DNA from: Diplonema japonicum
Lineage: Eukaryota > Protista > Euglenozoa: Diplonemea
Direction: 5' to 3'
NCBI GenBank assembly: GCA_964019335.1
Contig: OZ025744.1
Location: 307,709-371,708 of the forward strand
DNA: 64,000 bases
The first letter of the stretch is position 1. The number at the start of each line of letters is the position of its first letter. Below are positions 12,036-23,325 of this stretch, in pieces. The notes under the pieces are model-generated. The model did no database searches and had not been told where the DNA came from. It saw only the letters and a list, made by a program, of their open reading frames with translations. Made by a program: the position numbers and the translations under genes.

Positions 12036-15000
12036 TCAAACCACGCACGCGGCGGAGAAAACAGCTGGTTGCAGGACGACGTCGAAGCCCCTTGAGGCGA
12101 TGGTGGATGGTGTGTTGCCGGTGCTTGCGGGGAGCATCGCTGTGACAAGCCCGTACTTCGCGAGATTTGAAAACGGAGTGGTTTCAAGTAGTGTCTCCTG
12201 CCAGGCTTTGGCGGGGTTTGTGAATGCGAGGGAAGGTGTTATGGAAGTCAATGTGTACCCTGTCCCCTGCGAAGGCACGTTGGCTAGCAATATACCCAGC
12301 AGCCTTGCAACCTCTTTGGGGTTCCCTGTCTTTCTGTACTGTGCTGTGTCCTCCTCTCGCAAGGCTGCCAGTCCCCTCAACCCCCTTCTCCTGGCATGCA
12401 AGGGCAGCACACCCCACACTTCTTCAGCGATGTCTTGCGTAATGCAAGGGTCCTCTATAACGGCCGACCCCCGCATTGCAGCCCCCACCTCTTCTTCAGT
12501 CACATCGCCCTCCAACACAGCATTGGCCACGCATGCCATGCTGAAGGGGTCCGCATTGTCAGATCTCAACCGCAACACACATGACACGCACTGTATTGTT
12601 TTTTTTTTTTTTTTTATTTATTTATTTTTTTTTTTATTTATTTTTTTTTTTTTTATTTCTTGCTTATACCGAATCATGTGCCTTCACACTGCACCTTTCG
12701 GTTTCCGTGGGGAGCTCGTGTTGTTTCAATATTTTTTTCAGTCTGAATTATTGTTTTTTAAAAAAGAAATCTAAAAAAAAATAAAAAAAAAAAAAAAAAA
12801 AAAATGTCGCATACCTGCTCTCCAGCATCACCGACATCACGGTAGCGAGGTACATCAAGTACCGGTCCCCGGTGTTGGGAAGCTGCAAGATACAGACCTG
12901 AAGGGGGAAAAAAAAAAGGATTGTGCAGTTTTCTTCCCCTCATACCTGAACAGTCACCTCACTTGATTCAAGACGAATGTCCCCGCCCTTGGGGGGGAGA
13001 TCCAAGTCCAGGTCCGGGAGGAGGAAGTTTGAGAAGCATGGTGGGGTCATCCTTGCACCGTGAGGGACAATGGTCGCGCGGGTGTTACAAGGGTACATAA
13101 GGTGCGCGGACGCCAAGGCGAGTGAGGGAACAGGGACGAGGGTCGGGAGAGAGGTGACGAATGACACCAGCAACGCGGTCAGGTCCGCGAGGTCCTTGGT
13201 ACCTGCAAAGGATCCGTAAATATCCATGCCCGTGAAGGCAGGGCAGAACAGCACACTGGGCAGCATGTGATGCAAGTCGAAAGCCTGCAGCTGCGATAAA
13301 TACTGGATCAAAGGCTTCCCGCGATGCGTCGCACCCGCCAGCAGGAAGTTGTCATTGGCATCGTTCTCAAGCACCTTCGCGGCAGCACGGTCACGACATT
13401 CACTGTACACCTCCGGGTCCTCGATGGGACCCTCGCACCACTTCACAAAGATCTTCAAAATAGCATCGACGCAGTCCGAGGCAAAGGCAGGCAGCACCTC
13501 CCGACAACCATGCAGCGTGAGCATCATCTTGGAATGCGTTCCAAGCAGTATCCGCACGTCGAACGTCAGCTTGTGGTATGCGGCTTCCTCGGCGAAAGGG
13601 GAGAGGTCCCAACGAAGAAGCTCCACAGCGATAAGTAACCCTGCAGCATGCATGGGCGAGGCCGAACAGACAGGGTATGTCATAACTATTTCAACAAGGC
13701 TCTCAGCGGTACCGTCCGTCTGCGTGGTGAACACCTCGATGACAGGCGACGCACGGGAAGCATACGGCGTCCGATCGCTGAGAACAATGTCCGGCGAGAT
13801 GCCCGGTGTTCCTACAGGAAGCCAACTTCCTCGCACTGTCTTCGGAAGCTGCAGCCCGGGGTCCAAAGGGAACGTTAAGTCAGCGAGCCTCTGCAACTGT
13901 TGCTGTGTGAAGGCGTCGATGGCGTGTCGTACCCCGAAGCCCCACTTCGACACCAATGGGAGGTTCTCCACAGAAAATTCTGGCGAACAATGAACAACCA
14001 CACAGTTTGCCATCTCAAGCGAACTGAGAACCTGTCTTATAACGTCCTTGCGGTAGTTTAAGAAACACTTCCCGCCAACCAACACGTCCGCGCCCTTCAT
14101 GACCAACAGATTCGAAGCCAACTGTGTGCCCGTGCACCTCACCGCCTCCGACAGCGCATTGTGTGTGGAAACCAATGCTTGCAATCCCTCCCACACCCGC
14201 TGCTCGTTCGTCTGTGATCTTATGATGTACAACCCTTGCAGAACCTTGAGAAGGATGGGCTCCACATCGGGCGTTGACAGCGTTACGGAAATGGTGATCA
14301 GCGACCAATGTCTTCCTTGGAATTCCAAATATGCGGTTGCGTCTGTCACACCAGGGGTGGCTCTTAAGACAGACATCAGTGACCCCTCATGGTGGGAATC
14401 TAAGAAGTGGACTACGAATTTACAGGGCAATGATTCGTACTCACTGCTACCAACGGGTACTGGAAATGAGAGCCGCAGGAACGGGGTTGAAGAGGGTCGT
14501 GTCGATCGGGCCCTGATGTACCCTGAGACGGGCAGTACGGGGGGTGTGGTGGGTTTGGTGTTTAGCTTTGCGTTGGACGGCTTCGGCAGCACGGAGAACG
14601 TTTCGAGCATCAGCGCTTCGACCTCGTTTTTCGTAAGCCGTTTCGAGGGCAGGACGATGCCGACGGCTATCTTGGGCCCGACAAGATTACTGCGCACCCA
14701 TTGAACTGTTTTGTTGTGGCATTCCTCTGTTTGAAGGGTGTCGCTACACCCGGTACCGAAACCATGGAAGTCATGCCCGGGCTCCGCAAGGTCACGGAGC
14801 AACTGCCAGACTTGAAAGGTCGGGTCAGAACAGGTAGCTTCGTGCTGAGTTTGGATTTTTGCAATCTGTCGTCGAAAAAGATGATGTGGAAGGAGAGGCG
14901 AGGACAGCATATCCGCTGTCCTGTCCAAAGCTTGCCGTACTTCTTCAAATGGCACCTGCAAACTGATGAGAATCTCTTCGTATTCCGCAGTTATTTGGAA

Positions 15001-15300
15001 ATCTCCGCCCACTGACCTGCAGTACTCGTGCAGACCATTCTCTTGTGGGTACCGTTCGGAGCCTAGAACCAGCAGCCCTTCCACAAGGTGCGCTATGCCC
15101 ATGTCTCCCTCGCCAAACTGCCCTGCTCCTACCGTCACGCCGATGTCCACCAGTTCTTCTTCGGTCGAGCTTCCTTCTCTGTAGCTGCATGCACACTTCA
15201 CCCCGTTGTGTAATGTCAAATACACTCCTACTTCCCTCCTGACCCCGGGGGGGCCCGCCATCACCCCCTCATCGTTGGTTTGGTTATCCTCTTGAGTCAT
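12036..15300 (-). CDS. M16 (insulinase/pitrilysin) family protein, probably inactive, ~1021 aa; exons 15300-12946, 12897-12815, 12742-12670, 12590-12036
   Basis: LHNGV..VGAGQFGE..GIAHLVEGLLVLGSERYPQEN, GHDFHGFGTG..DTL, HFLDSHHEGSL. Three GT-AG introns (12898-12945, 12743-12814, 12591-12669) join the 790-aa and 183-aa ORFs in frame. Confidence 0.85.
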
Positions 15301-15774
15301 TTCATTTTCCACTTCTTTTTTTTTTTTGTTCCTATTGGACCATTGTTAAGATTTTTGAGAAGAAAAAAAAGGGGGGGGGGAAGAGAAAAAAGGGAATTTT
15401 CGATGTGTGCCTTCCGATGGCGCTCGGGGAGTCACAGCCCACTACTAGGAAGGGGGAATGTTCTTCTTTTTTTTTTCTGGTAGAAGAAACGAAATGGCAC
15501 GAGAAGAATGAAAAAATAGGGGGAGGGGAGACCCCCTGAATTCAACAAACAAAAGTTGGGTGGGGGTGACTAAAAGAAAACAACAAACAAAAAAGAGGGA
15601 CATACAATACAAAAAAAACTCAAATTAACATGCAAACTCCCAGAGCGAAAGCCGCATGCCAAAAAAAAAAAAGAAAAAAGAAAAAGAAAAAAAAAAACAT
15701 GAGGACGGGGAAAGAGGGATACATGCAAGTTCAATTCAAAAGCTTACTTTTTTTCCCCGCTTTTTTTTTTTCTT

Positions 15775-17916
15775 TTACTGAAACTGGTACTCTGCAGACG
15801 AGCCACGGGGAGACACTGCATCAGCCTGCTCACGGTGTGCCTGTGCCCTTCTACGTGACTCCACAGCTGCCATGCGGAGTTGTTCGGCACGCTTGCGAAG
15901 CTCTTCACAGTTTGCCAGCGAGATGCCTGGAGACGAGACAACAGGAGGAGACACAGTGTGCTCCCTGTGCGGCGACACGGTGTAGTTGCTTGGCACATCA
16001 ATCGGCTGCGGAGGTGTTGCGAGTGTCTCCTTCTCAGTAACAGGCGGTGCCACCATGATGACCTGCTTTGGGAGGTCTCTCTCTGGCTCTATCCTTGCAG
16101 GTGATGATGAGGATCCTGCGGTGTACTTCACAACCCGTGGGCTGGACGTCCCTGGGGACCACGGCGTTTCGTCTGAGTTCTGCCCCGCAACCCTTGCTGT
16201 GTAGTCCCTCCTGCGTCGCTCCGAAGCCACCGTCCTCTCCTGCTGTGTTATCTCTGCTGGTTTCTTGACAGCACCGCGTGACAGCGGCGAGGATGCGTCG
16301 CACAATGCAGCAGCAGCTTCTTCGTGCACCGCATGCTGTTGTGATGTCTTCTCGATGACTGCTTTTCTGTCTTGAACCACATCTGCTACCCTCCTCCCCA
16401 GTTCCGGGCGTACCACACCAGGCGGGGGTACCACTTGTACCAGTGCGTCCTCCAATGCCTTTTCTGTCGGCGTTGCGTCAAATGTCAGTTGGTCCATGCG
16501 CTTGCGGTACATCTCTGCTTCTGTTTTTTGCGATTCCAACAGAGCCCGGACCTCACGTGCGTTCTCCCTGCAGCCCTCCAGCCCTGCGTGGTCCAGTGTG
16601 TTGCTTGACATCTTCGTCCTCCATTCTGCCGCGGTCACAGCACCCTCTAGTTCCTCCACCCGCCTGTCCGCTGTAAAGAGCCTCTCCCCGAGACACTTAT
16701 ACACTGTGGTGTACGTTTTGTGGTGTGCTTTCCTCTCGGTCAATAGGACCGACTCGATTTTCTTCTGCCCTGCCATGACTATCGACTCGAACCCTTTCAG
16801 CTTTGTGTCCGCCCCGTCCTCGAGGTCCTTTGTGAGTGCCTCCACCGCTTCGGTGCGCGCATGTATCTCGTGCAGAAGGACTTCGTGTGTCTCGAGTACT
16901 TTCTCGGAACCCTTCTGCTTTGCGACGCTGTCGTTGAAGGCCTGCTCTGTCTGTGCGATGGTCGTGACCAGCCCCATCCTCTCCTCCCCGAGGGACGTCA
17001 GTGTGTCCACCAGCGTGAGGATCTCGTTGAATACCTGCGAGCGTTTGTCTGTGTTCTCCCCCAGGCGCCCTACCGCCTGCTGGGACACTTCCTTCAGGTC
17101 GTTCTGCTCCTTCTCCCCCTCCTCTTTTATCTTCGTCTTGACATCTTGCACGGCGTTTAGGTCCCTTGCGATCTTGCCCTTCGTGTCATCCGTGTTTGCC
17201 TTGAGGTGGTGCAGCTCTCTATCGAAGTCAGCATATGTTTTCTGTGCAGCACGCAAGATGCCATTGTCGCGGCGGTCGGGGTCCTCGAGGACAGAGACGC
17301 GTTCGAGGTGCAGCGTGAAGAGCTCCTGTAGGACTTCGCACTGCGCAGTGAGGTGATGGTCCGCAGGGGAGAAGTCGCCCTTTGCCCTGGCTTCCTGGCA
17401 GGCAAGGGCCTGCACGTCGCTGATTTTGTTGAAGTGGTCGACTGTGGCCTCTGAAGCGCGCAGTTGTGCGAGGGTGGTGGGGATCTCTTCCAGCTTCTTG
17501 GACGTGTCTTGGGTGAGCATGCCCCCACTCTTGAGCAGTCCCGTGTAGCACCCGGACTCCTTGTAGTCTGTCTGCGGTGCTGGAAAGCTGTCGTCGGTCA
17601 TGCTGTCAGATAGGTTCCGCAGTTTCACGTAGTCGCTGTCCCCCGTTTCAGAGAGGCTCTTCCTGATCAGCTCCAGGTTCGTAGGTGTTACTTCCAGCTG
17701 CGGTACAAGATCCCCCACGCACCCTGCCCCCACACCCTGCACCTTTCCCCCTCTCTCACTCACGCACTTCTCACCCAGCTCCACCCCCCTGGTCCCTAAG
17801 CTCTTCCCCCATTCGCATCCGTCTTTTACTGTGGACCCGAATTCCACACCCGCCTCTTGGCTCCTCAGCTCATGCGCCTTGAAGTCATCTATAAAATCGC
17901 CATCAACGCTGGCCAT
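15775..17916 (-). CDS. paraflagellar rod (PFR)-domain protein, divergent, 713 aa
   Basis: Long coiled coil with PFR-like motifs LTSLGEER, YTTVYKCLGERLFTADRRVEEL, NTLD and PTEKALEDA.V..V.P, recalled as matching PFR1/2 LYLTLGSLIYKKEKRMEE..ETFD..PTEEAL. Confidence 0.7.
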   Translation of the reverse strand: MASVDGDFIDDFKAHELRSQEAGVEFGSTVKDGCEWGKSLGTRGVELGEKCVSERGGKVQGVGAGCVGDLVPQLEVTPTNLELIRKSLSETGDSDYVKLRNLSDSMTDDSFPAPQTDYKESGCYTGLLKSGGMLTQDTSKKLEEIPTTLAQLRASEATVDHFNKISDVQALACQEARAKGDFSPADHHLTAQCEVLQELFTLHLERVSVLEDPDRRDNGILRAAQKTYADFDRELHHLKANTDDTKGKIARDLNAVQDVKTKIKEEGEKEQNDLKEVSQQAVGRLGENTDKRSQVFNEILTLVDTLTSLGEERMGLVTTIAQTEQAFNDSVAKQKGSEKVLETHEVLLHEIHARTEAVEALTKDLEDGADTKLKGFESIVMAGQKKIESVLLTERKAHHKTYTTVYKCLGERLFTADRRVEELEGAVTAAEWRTKMSSNTLDHAGLEGCRENAREVRALLESQKTEAEMYRKRMDQLTFDATPTEKALEDALVQVVPPPGVVRPELGRRVADVVQDRKAVIEKTSQQHAVHEEAAAALCDASSPLSRGAVKKPAEITQQERTVASERRRRDYTARVAGQNSDETPWSPGTSSPRVVKYTAGSSSSPARIEPERDLPKQVIMVAPPVTEKETLATPPQPIDVPSNYTVSPHREHTVSPPVVSSPGISLANCEELRKRAEQLRMAAVESRRRAQAHREQADAVSPRGSSAEYQFQ

Positions 17917-18313
17917 TGAGTCTCCTGGTGAAGCACGTAAGGGGTGGGGACAGGGGGGTGGGGGGGAAATATTAAAACAAACTGCACCGCATGAGAGTTG
18001 CAGGCCCGTACTAAGGGGCGAGAGCCTCTCGCAGTGGACCTAGTACTGTTCAGCCAAACGGAAAAGGGTGGACAACCGGCCCTGCTCACAAAAAAGTAAC
18101 GGCGAAGAGGCGCATACGGAAGGACGACGAGAAAAGCAGGAGCAACGAACTGCCACAAACCAACGAAAGAAAAACCGGAAGAAAGAAAACAAAAAACACC
18201 CCCCCCCAGCAACAGGCAGCCAGAAGAAAAAGAAAATAAGCAGTTCGAATGGGCGGGGGGGGATTCTCTATTGTTTCATTTCTTTTTTTTCCCCCCCTTC
18301 TGTAATATCCTCT

Positions 18314-19868
18314 TTACTTCACAGCAATGTCAAGGACTGCAGGAGGCAATTCGTAAGCGACCTAGTTTTTCTTTTTTGTTCCCCCCATTTTTTTTTTTTT
18401 TTAAACACACCTCTGTAACGATGCTACCGTAATCGAGAAGTGTGCCATTGGGAAGGGGGCACACTGTGGAGAGACACCTGTCGTTCTCACAGCACAAGGG
18501 TGACCGTGCTGGGATGACACGCCGGACGAGCGAGGAAGTACTAAGCGGGAGTGCGTGCAAGATTCGCTGCTGGACAACAAGCCAAGAGAGGCTGGAATAG
18601 TCGTGCCCTTGAAAGTAATCTGCAGTCGCAAGCACCTGGAAGTCAATCCACGGCCGGATGTCATTATCCAAAGGCCGCGAGAGGCACAGGTGGTATAAAT
18701 CGTGAGTGTTACTGTACGGCAGGAGGTGCTGTCGTAGTTCGTCTCGTTTCATGTATTCGAAGATGCCACTTGCTATGAGGAGTGGGTGCTCCTTCTTGTC
18801 ATCGAGGAAGTACTCCTTCGCACGGAGGTACATGTTCTTCCATCTCGTCACCGATTTGTCTTCAAACATGTCTCGTTCCATTCTTAGATGCAGCCCTGTG
18901 TACTTTCCCCCTTCCGGTTGGATTTTTCGCACGGCGCCCATGGCCGCCCTTCCCACGCGGCGTAGGTAAGGTGCTAGCTGCAGCGTTTGATGAGCTTTCT
19001 TCAACAGTTTGATGTCTTCTTGCATCACCATGCCGTACTTCTTCCCTGGGTTTGCGGACACCATGATGTCTGTGCACCCTAAATCCACTATCACCACCTG
19101 TGCCCTCCAGTGTGCTAATACCGCCCTGTTGATCATCTCCTTCCACACCCATCCCGATCGCCTCCGTTTGTACCTCATCTCGACAATCGATGCGTTTAAA
19201 CCGAATTTCTCGTTCTTCCCCGGTACCCAATACCTCTCGTAGCCTGAGAAGTTAGAAGGCAACGTGACGGGGCCTGGCGGGTTAGGTGAGTTGAGGACCG
19301 TTGTGTTGCCTCCGAGAAGCCTCTGAAAAGTGTCAAGTCTGTACACCCGGGACAACGGGATCTCCGTCCACTCGATGCGTGGGTCGTGCGAAGCGTTTTG
19401 AAGGCTGTTTGTAGTGTTGAGCTTGGCTAGTACGTTTCTTGATTTATATGTTTTTCTGGTCCTTCCGTGGGGGAGGACCATCACGTCGGGTTTTGTCAAA
19501 CTGGCTATCGTCATCGCCGACAGGTGGCCGTAGTGCTGGCTGACGGCGCCGTGGCACGCGGCGTACGTCATCACCACGACGGGTCCGAAGGTACCGCCCC
19601 ATCTGTCGCCGCCGCCTTTTCCGTCCACTCGCTGCGTCCTTACATCATTCACTGCCTTGCGGATCGCAGCGTTGCCCTCTTTCTCTTCCAGAGGTTCGAT
19701 CTCCGTCGGTACCTCCACATCCACACACTTCAAACTGAACTCTCTTGTCGGCACAGGTGTCTTCGGCACGTTTTCCTCAGCTGTCGGCACGTTCACCGTG
19801 CTCGTTGTGAGCACCACCAACAGCGCCACTGCACAGCTCAACATTACATATTTTCTTATCGTGCCCAT
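18314..19868 (-). CDS. type II membrane O-fucosyltransferase-like glycosyltransferase, ~501 aa; exons 19868-18411 and 18361-18314
   Basis: N-terminal signal anchor, YTGLHLRMERD and IDFQVLATADYFQGHDYSSLS (GDP-fucose-binding motifs). A-rich 49-nt intron 18362-18410 gives the C-terminus EVAYELPPAVLDIAVK*. Confidence 0.75.
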
Positions 19869-19995
19869 AGGCCATAGACCGCATGTGCTGGCGGCCTCTG
19901 TTAGTAATATTAATTGTGCAAAAAGACAGGGGGGAAAAGAACAGAATTTCCAAACTCCGAGAAACGGGGTGTGAAAGAATGTTAGTTACTAAGTG

Positions 19996-22800
19996 TTAGT
20001 TACCCATAAGCCGGGACAAAGCATTGCCCTGTTCTCCATGTCCCCGCCTCACAGCGGAAGTGGTGGTCTGTTCAGGGACGGGTGAAGATGTAGAAGATGG
20101 GTACCAAGGTTTGGTTCCCGGTGGGCCCAAAATGGTGTGAATAGGTGTTGTGTCTGTGTGGAAAGCAACGGTCTCAGACTCGAGGCCCTTGGGGCGGATT
20201 CCTATGTGAGAGAGGAGTATGGTGGTTGTGTTTGCAAGGTCCTCTTCGTCACTATACTTCTCTTCTGTGCCCTTCTCCCAGTTCCCTCCGACGATGCCAA
20301 GCATCACAGACTCTACGCTCCCTATGCATAGCAGCCCTATCTTGTGTCCTGCACCTCCATCCAGCCCTGCCTGTCTGCACACCCCTTTGGCATCTCGGAC
20401 ATGCACTACGACGCTGCACAAGAACACGTATCCCTGCTTCACCTCCTCCTTTAGAAGGTCCACCCATGCGCCCGCGTAGATGTAAACCTGACCGAAGCTC
20501 CACGCTTCTTCCAGGAGTACGAACAGTGCCTGCATGGTGAGGCGGACAAGCTCCGCGTGGTGCTGCTGGGGAACGTTAGTGAGGTCCTGCGGTCTACAGC
20601 CCAGTGGCGTGAGAGATATGGTGTCCATCTTGTTCTGCTGGAAAGCAGAAAGCACGCAACGCCAAGTCTGAGTCATCCTGAGCTTGTACTGGTACCTAGC
20701 AGTGGGAAGCCAGTCGCCGGCATCACCGTAGAAGTACTTCCCCAGTTCGCCAGGGCCTGCATGGCGGGACGTGAAGTTGGGTGACGCAGCAGTGACGATC
20801 GTGATGGGCTCGCCTTTGTTTGGCTCCAGCTGGTTGGTAACATCGTTTGTGGAGATGGTGAGGAGGTGCCCGATCACCTTCGTGCAGCAGAAAGATGCCA
20901 GCTCTGAAATAGAGTACTTTAGGATCATATCTAAATCCCGCTTCGTCCACCCGTCGGAAAGCGACCCCTTCCGTGCCTCAAGCCACGACCCTGCTTGCTG
21001 CATGAGGAATAGCTCCGCTTTCCAGTCAGCCGCTTGTTCTGCCAGCCTGTCAACCATCCACAATGCTTCGGCTTTTTCCTCGTCATTTCCCGACCCTCTC
21101 ACGTCCGCGTAGTGCTTCTCCGCTCCCACCACCAGCTTTGTAGTGGTGTCGGCCGACGCGTCCAACACATCTGCAAGAGGGAAGTGCTGCCGCATTGTAA
21201 AGTATGTCACCGTCTTCACTGTCACCATCTTCTGGAGCACCCTGCGCACGTCGACCATCGCTGTGTGCTGCGTTATGAAGCTGCACGACGACACAATGCT
21301 CATCGCACCCTCGCATGCCAGCTGGAAGCTCCTGTTCCCGTACATCTTCGTCAGGACAGGGTCAGCGTTCATGTTGGTTGTCTGGTTTGCGACACCGCCG
21401 AGGACCATCGTCAGCGAAGCAAGGCCTGTGGGGAACCTCGTGCGCACCGCGATCCCAGGGATGCCGTGCTTCCATTCCACCGAACGCGACTCGTCCCGCC
21501 CAAGCCACTGCAGTATAGAAGTGCCAAGACGGTACTTAGCTGGAATGAAGGCAGCGGGTGCATCGGGAATGGTGGGGTCCCATTCACCGTCGCTGTTGGC
21601 TACGAGATACTCGCGGTGCTCAGGGGCCGCATTCACCACCTCCATCAGTGTGTCTGTCCCAAAGGCCTTCATGATGGGCGGGCCTTTGCGAGTCTCGTCA
21701 GCTTCGCCGAAGTTGAAGACGACACGGCGTGTGGACTGGTCCTCGGCAGGCAGATTCTGGGATTTCGCGCGACTCTCGGGGCAGTAGATTTGCGTGTAGT
21801 CGCCTTGCCCCGCATGTGGGAACACTGCGACGCCGCCGCCTTTGATGGCGTGGAGCGAGTGCTTCGGCACGTTGAAGACTGTGTAGCGGTAGGTGGTGAC
21901 CTTGAGGCCGTGCGTGTTGATGAGGGATGCGACCTTCGCCATAGCTTCCGAGTTGAGAGGGTCTTCCGCACGGCAGGCATCGAGGATGATGTACACGTCA
22001 GACACGATCTTGCGCTCCTTGGCGGCGACGGCAGTGTCAATTACGTCTTCCTCCAAGGGCAGGCCGGCCACGAAAAGCCTCCGGATTTGTTTCTTCGCAA
22101 GAGAAGCAAGCACCGCCTCGTGGAAGGACATGGTCTGCACGGACGACCCGTTGGGAATAAGTGCCATCATGTCGGGGCCCACGTTCATGTTCGACATGTT
22201 GACACCATCGATGACGTCGAGCCCTGAGCAGTACGGCGCGATGCAGCCCGTGTACACCAGCAGCTTCGCTACCAGCCTTGAGGTGTCTCTGTCACGGTGG
22301 AGGCCTAGGTCACGGAGTTCATCTAAGACTTCCTTCGTGTACTGGAAGGCAGATGGGGAGTGTATCTGCTCGTGGTATGACTTGAATCCCAAAACAATGC
22401 GTTTCGGCACCAACGATCTGATGTGGGACAGGGTTTCAGCAAGCTTCCAATACACGCGGCTCCCCGGAGACCCGTTTATGCAGTACTTTGCTCTGCCTTG
22501 TCTGCCCAGCCTGTCTTGGAACAGGCAGTGGTCTCCAGGAATGTCGTCCTTTGCAACCGCGATGCACCACCTTGCGGTCAGCCTGCCCTCCATGCTGAGC
22601 AGGATCTGGTTGATGACGAACATCGCGTTGTGGGCCCCTTCCACCCTCCGCTTCCCATGCACCATGTCGTTCTGCACCCCCACCAAGCACAGGCAGTCCC
22701 CATCCTTCCCGATGCTCCCTCCCAACGGGGCAGCCTCTCTGAAGGTTCCATTCGCCACATATTCATCCAGCTTGAGCCACCCCTCACACTTCCATGCCAT
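19996..22800 (-). CDS. ~934-aa protein: degenerate isochorismatase/nicotinamidase-like N-domain plus macrodomain/PARG-like C-region
   Basis: ATG 22800 after a pyrimidine-rich ...CTGCCAG. N-region CLCLVGVQND and RRLFVAGLPLEEDVIDTAVAA..VYIILDACRA. C-region ITIVTAASPNF, ISLTPLGC, GGNWEKG....DEEDL. The CDS is secure; the domain calls are tentative. Confidence 0.65.
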   Translation of the reverse strand: MAWKCEGWLKLDEYVANGTFREAAPLGGSIGKDGDCLCLVGVQNDMVHGKRRVEGAHNAMFVINQILLSMEGRLTARWCIAVAKDDIPGDHCLFQDRLGRQGRAKYCINGSPGSRVYWKLAETLSHIRSLVPKRIVLGFKSYHEQIHSPSAFQYTKEVLDELRDLGLHRDRDTSRLVAKLLVYTGCIAPYCSGLDVIDGVNMSNMNVGPDMMALIPNGSSVQTMSFHEAVLASLAKKQIRRLFVAGLPLEEDVIDTAVAAKERKIVSDVYIILDACRAEDPLNSEAMAKVASLINTHGLKVTTYRYTVFNVPKHSLHAIKGGGVAVFPHAGQGDYTQIYCPESRAKSQNLPAEDQSTRRVVFNFGEADETRKGPPIMKAFGTDTLMEVVNAAPEHREYLVANSDGEWDPTIPDAPAAFIPAKYRLGTSILQWLGRDESRSVEWKHGIPGIAVRTRFPTGLASLTMVLGGVANQTTNMNADPVLTKMYGNRSFQLACEGAMSIVSSCSFITQHTAMVDVRRVLQKMVTVKTVTYFTMRQHFPLADVLDASADTTTKLVVGAEKHYADVRGSGNDEEKAEALWMVDRLAEQAADWKAELFLMQQAGSWLEARKGSLSDGWTKRDLDMILKYSISELASFCCTKVIGHLLTISTNDVTNQLEPNKGEPITIVTAASPNFTSRHAGPGELGKYFYGDAGDWLPTARYQYKLRMTQTWRCVLSAFQQNKMDTISLTPLGCRPQDLTNVPQQHHAELVRLTMQALFVLLEEAWSFGQVYIYAGAWVDLLKEEVKQGYVFLCSVVVHVRDAKGVCRQAGLDGGAGHKIGLLCIGSVESVMLGIVGGNWEKGTEEKYSDEEDLANTTTILLSHIGIRPKGLESETVAFHTDTTPIHTILGPPGTKPWYPSSTSSPVPEQTTTSAVRRGHGEQGNALSRLMGN

Positions 22801-23110
22801 TTCAGGCCTGGCAGAAATGAAGATTGAAGATGCCCCCCCACCCCACCCCGTTCCCTTTGACAGACGGGAAGCGTTCAACCCCTGACTGGAAGGCAGGCTT
22901 CAGTCCCTACGCAAAGGACGCTCAACGGCCCCATCGTCGACGACAAGGAAAGTGGTGGACTTATCGCAGATTACGCTGATACATGTCGTTTGGGGTAACG
23001 GGGACGATCCAGAATGCCGCAGAGCTCACCTTGCACACCGGAAGACGCGGAAAAAATACACGGCTTGGTGGGGTACCGAGTTGACGCAACAGTCGGCAAA
23101 GGAAGTAACA

Positions 23111-23144
<34 letters not shown>

Positions 23145-23325
23145 AGGGGAAAGGAGGGGGGGAAACGATGTTTGCAATGGTGAAAATATTAAATTTTAGA
23201 AACAAGAAAAAAAGGGGGGGGTATACCGAACAGAAAAACCATAATCAAAAAGGGTGGGAGGCAAGGTATTTACACTACGGACCTTCTGCAGATCGGGGTG
23301 CTGGTGACGGTTGCTATCAAAAAGC

